Positions 59,060-64,000 of a DNA stretch of 64,000 bases are shown here, in pieces. The translations under genes were made by a program, and so were the position numbers. Positions within the stretch are counted from its first letter, which is position 1. Each line of letters begins with the position of its first letter. Where the stretch lies: NCBI RefSeq assembly GCF_036365525.1, contig NC_090416.1, positions 14,064,323 to 14,128,322 on the forward strand. Reading direction: 5' to 3'. Below the pieces are notes generated by a model. The model made no database searches and was not told the origin of the DNA. It saw only the letters and a program-made list of their open reading frames with translations. Source of the DNA: Heterodontus francisci (taxonomy: Eukaryota).

Positions 59060-59801
59060 GTAAGGATGAGCTTTAAATATTGTTCTCTGAAGGGTGGGAG
59101 GGCAGTGCGGAGGTAGCGCAAGGATACGTCCCTCGCTGGGCGTAGAACGTGAGGTCATGGGGTCGTTCCTCTCTCCCGATCCCTCAGCAGATATGCCAAG
59201 CTACCAATCCCAACTGTGCTCCTGAAGGGAACAGAAACAAAACAAAGCCAACTCTCTTTTTTTTTAATACATCCTGGTGATGTGGGTGTTGCTGACAAGG
59301 CCAGAATTTATTACCCATCCCCTTTTTGCCCCTTGAGAGAGCAGTGGTGGGTTGCCTTCTTGAAGCCCCGCGACGGGTTTGGTACAAACCGAGTGTCTCG
59401 GGCCACTTTAGGGGGCGGTTAAGAGTCAAGCGTGTTGGATGTGGGGACTGGAGTCACATACAGACACAGACTAGGCAAGGACGGCAGGTTTCTGTCCCTG
59501 AAGGGGGGACGTTCATGAACCAGTTGGGTTCTTTAAGACAGCTTTGTGATCAATTTTATTGATCGCCAGCTTTTCATGCCCGCATTTCTTAAAACTAAAT
59601 TCAATCGTAGCAGGGATGCATTTAAGGGGGGGACGCTGGATAAACACATGAGGGAGAGAAGGTTAGGCCGATAGGGAGAGGTGAAGGAGCTCGTGTGGAG
59701 TATTGACACTCAGCACGGAGCAGTTGGGCTGAATAGCCTGTTTCTTGTAAACTCTGGCATTGCGACAGTTCTCAGGAAGTGGTGCTTTGATCTTTTTGCA
59801 G

Positions 59802-59880
59802 GCCTCACCAGTTTCCAGCAGAGTGTTGCCATGGACCGGATTCAGAGGATTGTGGGAGTCCTGCAGAAACCGGCAATGGG
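59802..59880 (+). CDS. CIART: CIART coding exon 3
   Basis: tttgcag|GLTSFQQSVAMDRIQRIVGVLQKPAMG|gtaggt; near-identical to the human motif. Confidence 0.95.
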
Positions 59881-60400
59881 GTAGGTGCCCGGCCGTGCAG
59901 GATGGCGTTTTTGGTCGTTTTTGGTATTGAAGCTAGAGGAGGCTCGGCTGGGGACTTGCCGGTCCGTGCTACTTAAATGGGGGGTGGTGAGAGTGCTGCC
60001 CGCTGAGCCACGGTCAACACTTTAAATGTCTGCTGCACTGAGGCGTAGGAAAACGGACAACAAAGTGAAGCAGAGAGATTAGCAGCCTGGCCGTGGATGG
60101 GGAGGGGTGGAGTGGGAGGGCGACCATAATCTTGGTTTACAACTGAAGTTGCCTTGGGCTGCCCGTCGGGCCTGGTCTCGAGGGCTTCCCACCAGGCCCG
60201 GTCCCGAGGGCCTCTCTCCGCATCTGGGCCAGGGAGTGTGGGGGGGTTGTGGAGCCTGAATCGGCTAGGGCTTCTGCTGCCGAGACTGAAATGGGGCTCC
60301 CCTGGGCAAATGTGGACATCTTTGTGGGTCACTTTGCTGTGATGCAAAATACTTGTTCATACGATTTAAATAAAAATTTTCTCTACCCTATTTACAACAG

Positions 60401-60527
60401 GGAGCGTTATTTAGGCACCCTCCTCCAAGTGGAAATGATGTTAAAGGTTTGGTTTCCTCACGTTACCATGGCAACGCCGAGCTCCGAAGGCTCCGGGCCT
60501 ACAGGAACTGACTGCAGCGCGAGGAAG
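60401..60527 (+). CDS. CIART: CIART coding exon 4
   Basis: acaacag|ERYLGTLLQVEMMLKVWFPHVTMATPSSEGSGPTGTDCSARK|gtacgt. Confidence 0.92.
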
Positions 60528-60917
60528 GTACGTGGTCCCGATTGGGTCGGGGGGGGGGGGCTCCAGTAACCAATACACAGTCTTCTGACCAGATCGGTTT
60601 AGTGCCGCCTCGGGCCCTGACCCCTTTGTGTTCAGCCAAGGCTCCAAGTATTTATCCAATTCCCCTTTTTGAAAGTTACTATTGAATCTGCTTCCACTGC
60701 CCTTTCAGGCAGCGCGTTCCAGATCACAACATCTCGCTGTGTTAAAAAATTCTCATCTTCCCCCTCTGGTTCTTTTACCAATTATCTTAAATCTGTGTCC
60801 CTCTGGTTCCCGACCCTCCTGTCACTGGAAACAGTTTCTCCTTATTTACTCCATCAAAACCCTTCATCATTTTGCAGTAGTTGCCAGGAATAATTGTCCT
60901 TTGCCTCTTGCCCTCAG

Positions 60918-61469
60918 CACGTGCGGACCAGCTCCTCGGACACTGGTTTCTCATGGGAGTCGGTCTCCCCTGCCTCATCTCGAAGTCAATCCTTCAGCGA
61001 TGGTGGAGCCCAGGAGCCACTGGACACGGCTACAGGGCGGAGCCGGGAGGAGGGGTCCACAGAGAGGTCAGAGCCCGGGAGAGACGCGCCGGGAGGATCT
61101 CCCAGGGTTGGCCTCACTTGGCTTCGCAGCCCAGGTCATCCCGCCGCGCGCCACCTGGGCCAAGCGGATGGCACCTCGGTGGTGCGTTGCCTTGCTTTGG
61201 TCATGCAGGACAGTTCGGTCTCCTCCACCACCTATCCCCATTTCAACGGGGCGGTCCCCCAGCCTTGGACGGCCATCGTCGGACCCTCGGTGCGCCGGGA
61301 ACGCCCGGCCAGAAGCATCAGCGCACCCCCCTGCCTCCCCGCGACGCAAGAAGGCCGCGGCACCCCCACCTCCTGGCCGCTCCTCCTATCCTATGATTCG
61401 ATTGTGGTCCTGGATCTCCGGGAGCGGCTGGGGGCCTTCGGGAGAGAGAGCGAGAGGCCTTCAAAGTGA
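60918..61469 (+). CDS. CIART: CIART terminal coding exon
   Basis: gccctcag| phase 0, open to TGA; contains LTW and QDSSVSSTT; AATAAA at 61536 and 62199; total about 447 aa. Confidence 0.75.
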   Translation, partial: HVRTSSSDTGFSWESVSPASSRSQSFSDGGAQEPLDTATGRSREEGSTERSEPGRDAPGGSPRVGLTWLRSPGHPAARHLGQADGTSVVRCLALVMQDSSVSSTTYPHFNGAVPQPWTAIVGPSVRRERPARSISAPPCLPATQEGRGTPTSWPLLLSYDSIVVLDLRERLGAFGRESERPSK

Positions 61470-62529
61470 GGCCTGCGTCGTGGGCCCAAACGCAGAAAAC
61501 TCTATTACCTTCCCCCTCAAAAGAGGTGAAGAGGGAATAAAAGGAGGACTTGCATTTCTATAGCACCTTTCACAACCTCAGGACATCCCAAACGCGTTTT
61601 ACAGCCAATGAAGTACTTTTGAATTGTAATCACTGTTATAATGTAGGAAGCTCAGCAGCCAATTTGTGCACAGCAAGATCCCACAAACAGCAATGAGATA
61701 ATGAAGAATTTCTTTTCGTGACGTTGGTTGAGGGCTAAGTATTGGACACTGGGGAGAGCTCCCTATGCTTCTCTTCCGATAGTGGCCGTGGGATCTTTTA
61801 CATCCATCTGAGAGGGGCAGACGGGGCCTCATCCTGAAAGACGGCACCTCCGACAGTGCAGCACTCCCTCAGTACCGGCACCGGGAGCGTCGGTGTGGAT
61901 TTTGTGCTTGGGTGTGTGGAGTGGGGACAAGAGTGCTGTCCCACTGAGCCAAACCGACTGTCAAAATGGACACTGAGGTGGGGGAGGGGGTGGGGGGGGG
62001 GTAGTTGCTGGGGTCCACGGAGTGCATTTTGGATGGAGACACGGAGATAGTTGCCTCAAGTGTCCTTAAAACATTAGTGTTGCTTGTCATCTCTGGATCA
62101 ATGCAGCCTGGTTTCCTACTGAGAACAAAGACCGTCTGTCTCCAAGCTAGGAACTATTTCTGGGGAGGGTCGAGAACATTTTGGAATAATTTCTGAAGAA
62201 TAAAGTTGTTTGCAGGTTTAACTGTGTGGTCAAGTGGGACCATAGGACACAGCTTTTGTGACTGATTCTCAATTTGCATCTCGGTCTTCCACCGGCAACT
62301 CACTCTTATCAAAACTGTTCCTCGTTTTGAAATGTATTTGTTGTATCGAAAGGGTTTACATGATTAATCATGGTGTGTGTTTTTTTTAAAATTACTTTCC
62401 CACAAGGGAACACAAGGGTTGCCAACCTTTCAGGATTATCCTGGAGTCTCCAGCAATGAAAGATTAATTTTCAGGACGCGAGCAAAAATCATGGGGGCGT
62501 TTAAAATAATTGCGCAGTGCTTTCATTCC

Positions 62530-63055
62530 CTTAACATAAGAAATAGGAGCAGGAGTAGGCCATTCGGCCCCTCGAGCCTGCTCCACCGTTTAATAAGATC
62601 ATGGCTTGATCTGACTGTGGCCTCAGCTCCACTTTCCTGTCTGACCCTGTAACCCTCAACTCCCTTGTAGATCAAAAATCTGTCTAACTCAGCCTTGAAT
62701 ATATACAACGATCCAGCCTCCACTGCTCTCTGGGGAAGAGAATTCCAAAGATTAATGACCCTCCCTGAGAGAAGAAATTCCTTCTCGTCTCTGTCTTAAA
62801 AGGGAGACCCCTTATTCTGAAACTGTGCCCCCCGTTGTAGATTCCCCCACGAGGGGAAACATCCTTTCAGCATCTACCCTGTCCAGCCCCCTCAGAATCT
62901 TGTATGTTTCAATAAGATCACCTCTCATTCTTCTAAACTCCAATAGGCCCAACCTTTCCTCATAAGACAACCCCTTCATCCCAGGAATCAGCCTAGTGAA
63001 TCTTCTCTGAACTGCTTCCAGTGCAAGTATATCCCTCCCTAAATAAGGAGAGCAA
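62530..63055 (-). mobile_element. CR1-type LINE 3' end
   Basis: aacataagaaataggagcaggagtaggccattcggcccctcgagcctgctcc terminus; IFKAELDRFLIYKGVEGY. Confidence 0.75.
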
Positions 63056-63789
63056 AGCTTTTGACCATTAATGATAAGTATGTCGGAAATGCGGTGGGGG
63101 GGGAGGGGAACTAAAGACTGTGTTATTGACAGTCAAGACGTCCAATCAGGTAGCAAAATCAGTGTGAGGAAGCGGGGCTTTGTGAGAATGGACATCAGGT
63201 GACCAATGGTGGGAGAGTGTTGGGGGCATGGCAGGAGGTCATGTGATAACCTCCAGCAATACACCCAAGCAAAGTTGGCAACCCTAGTTGGGAGGGGAGG
63301 GAAAGAGGGGGTCTCGAATTAGTGCTGGCCGGTTCCAGTGCTACGTTAGATCTGTTGGCATCCCTGACAAAATGGTGGATGCGGCTCACACCTGTGAACG
63401 TTTGCGTCAAGGGGTCTTCCTTCCACCCACCCCGCTGCCTGTCTTGGGCACGCTAAGTTAGATTTACGATATGGTCATTGTGGCAGTAGATGGATTGTCG
63501 AGCGATAATTGTAATGGGTTGAAGGCCTCCCCGATAATAAAGGTTCCCGTGGAATTGGCAGCTCAGGTTGGCATATGTGCGTCTCATTTCTGTTTGACTG
63601 ATCTGCTCCTGCTTTTATGGCCCCTCCCACTATAATATTGTGGAAAGGATAGCGAGGCAGTTGGAGAAGGTGCAAAAAATAAAAGGGGAGGGGGTGGTAA
63701 AACTCTGGAATCGCAACAAACAGCTAGTGTGGAGGGGATTTTTGCAAGACTGTAAGCTCTTTTTGGGTCTGTATTTTGTGATTTGACAG

Positions 63790-64000
63790 AGATAGCTAAA
63801 AGACTTACAAGGATAATACCAGAACTGAGAGGTTATAACTGTCAGGAAAGACTGAACAGGCCGGGGGGATCTTTTCTCTGGGAAAGAGAAGGCTGAGGGG
63901 TGACCTGATTGAGGTCTTTAAAATGATGAAAGGGTTTCGATAGGGTAGATGTAGAGAAGGTGTTCCCACTTGTGGGGGGGGAGAGACCAGAACTAGGGGG
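63790..64000 (+). mobile_element. CR1-type LINE 3' fragment, truncated by the window end
   Basis: agagaaggctgaggggtgacctgattgaggtctttaaaatgatg; paralogous to the 58440 copy. Confidence 0.7.

Noticed and set aside
60682-61563. 293-aa ORF overlapping the last CIART exon
   Set aside because: Starts in a CR1 remnant and is out of phase with the CIART splice junction; the phase-0 frame ending at 61469 fits better.

Overview
Vertebrate genomic DNA, most likely a cartilaginous fish (shark-like repeat landscape; species inferred, not determined). It is a repeat-dense region homologous to human 1q21. Five spliced protein-coding genes could be assembled by hand from GT-AG boundaries: the last two exons of RAB13 (+), complete APH1A (+, 7 exons, 265 aa), an alpha-carbonic anhydrase at the CA14 position (-, 8 clear exons plus an ambiguous C-terminus with no visible transmembrane exon), complete MRPS21 (+, 87 aa) and CIART/CHRONO (+, 5 coding exons, about 447 aa, E-box promoter). 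The most striking object is an intact, young 6.8-kb Tx1-clade non-LTR retrotransposon inserted into one unit of a 70-bp tandem repeat in CA14 intron 2. It has a 6-bp TSD and a second copy of the target sequence trapped between two poly(A) tracts, which suggests a repeat-targeted element. Also present: hAT-type MITEs, a solo LTR, Deu-type SINEs with 33-bp internal expansions, CR1/L2/RTE fragments, Penelope-derived hammerhead-like motifs and a 2-kb C-rich minisatellite. Repeat family names rest on recalled motifs, not database searches, and repeat boundaries are approximate.
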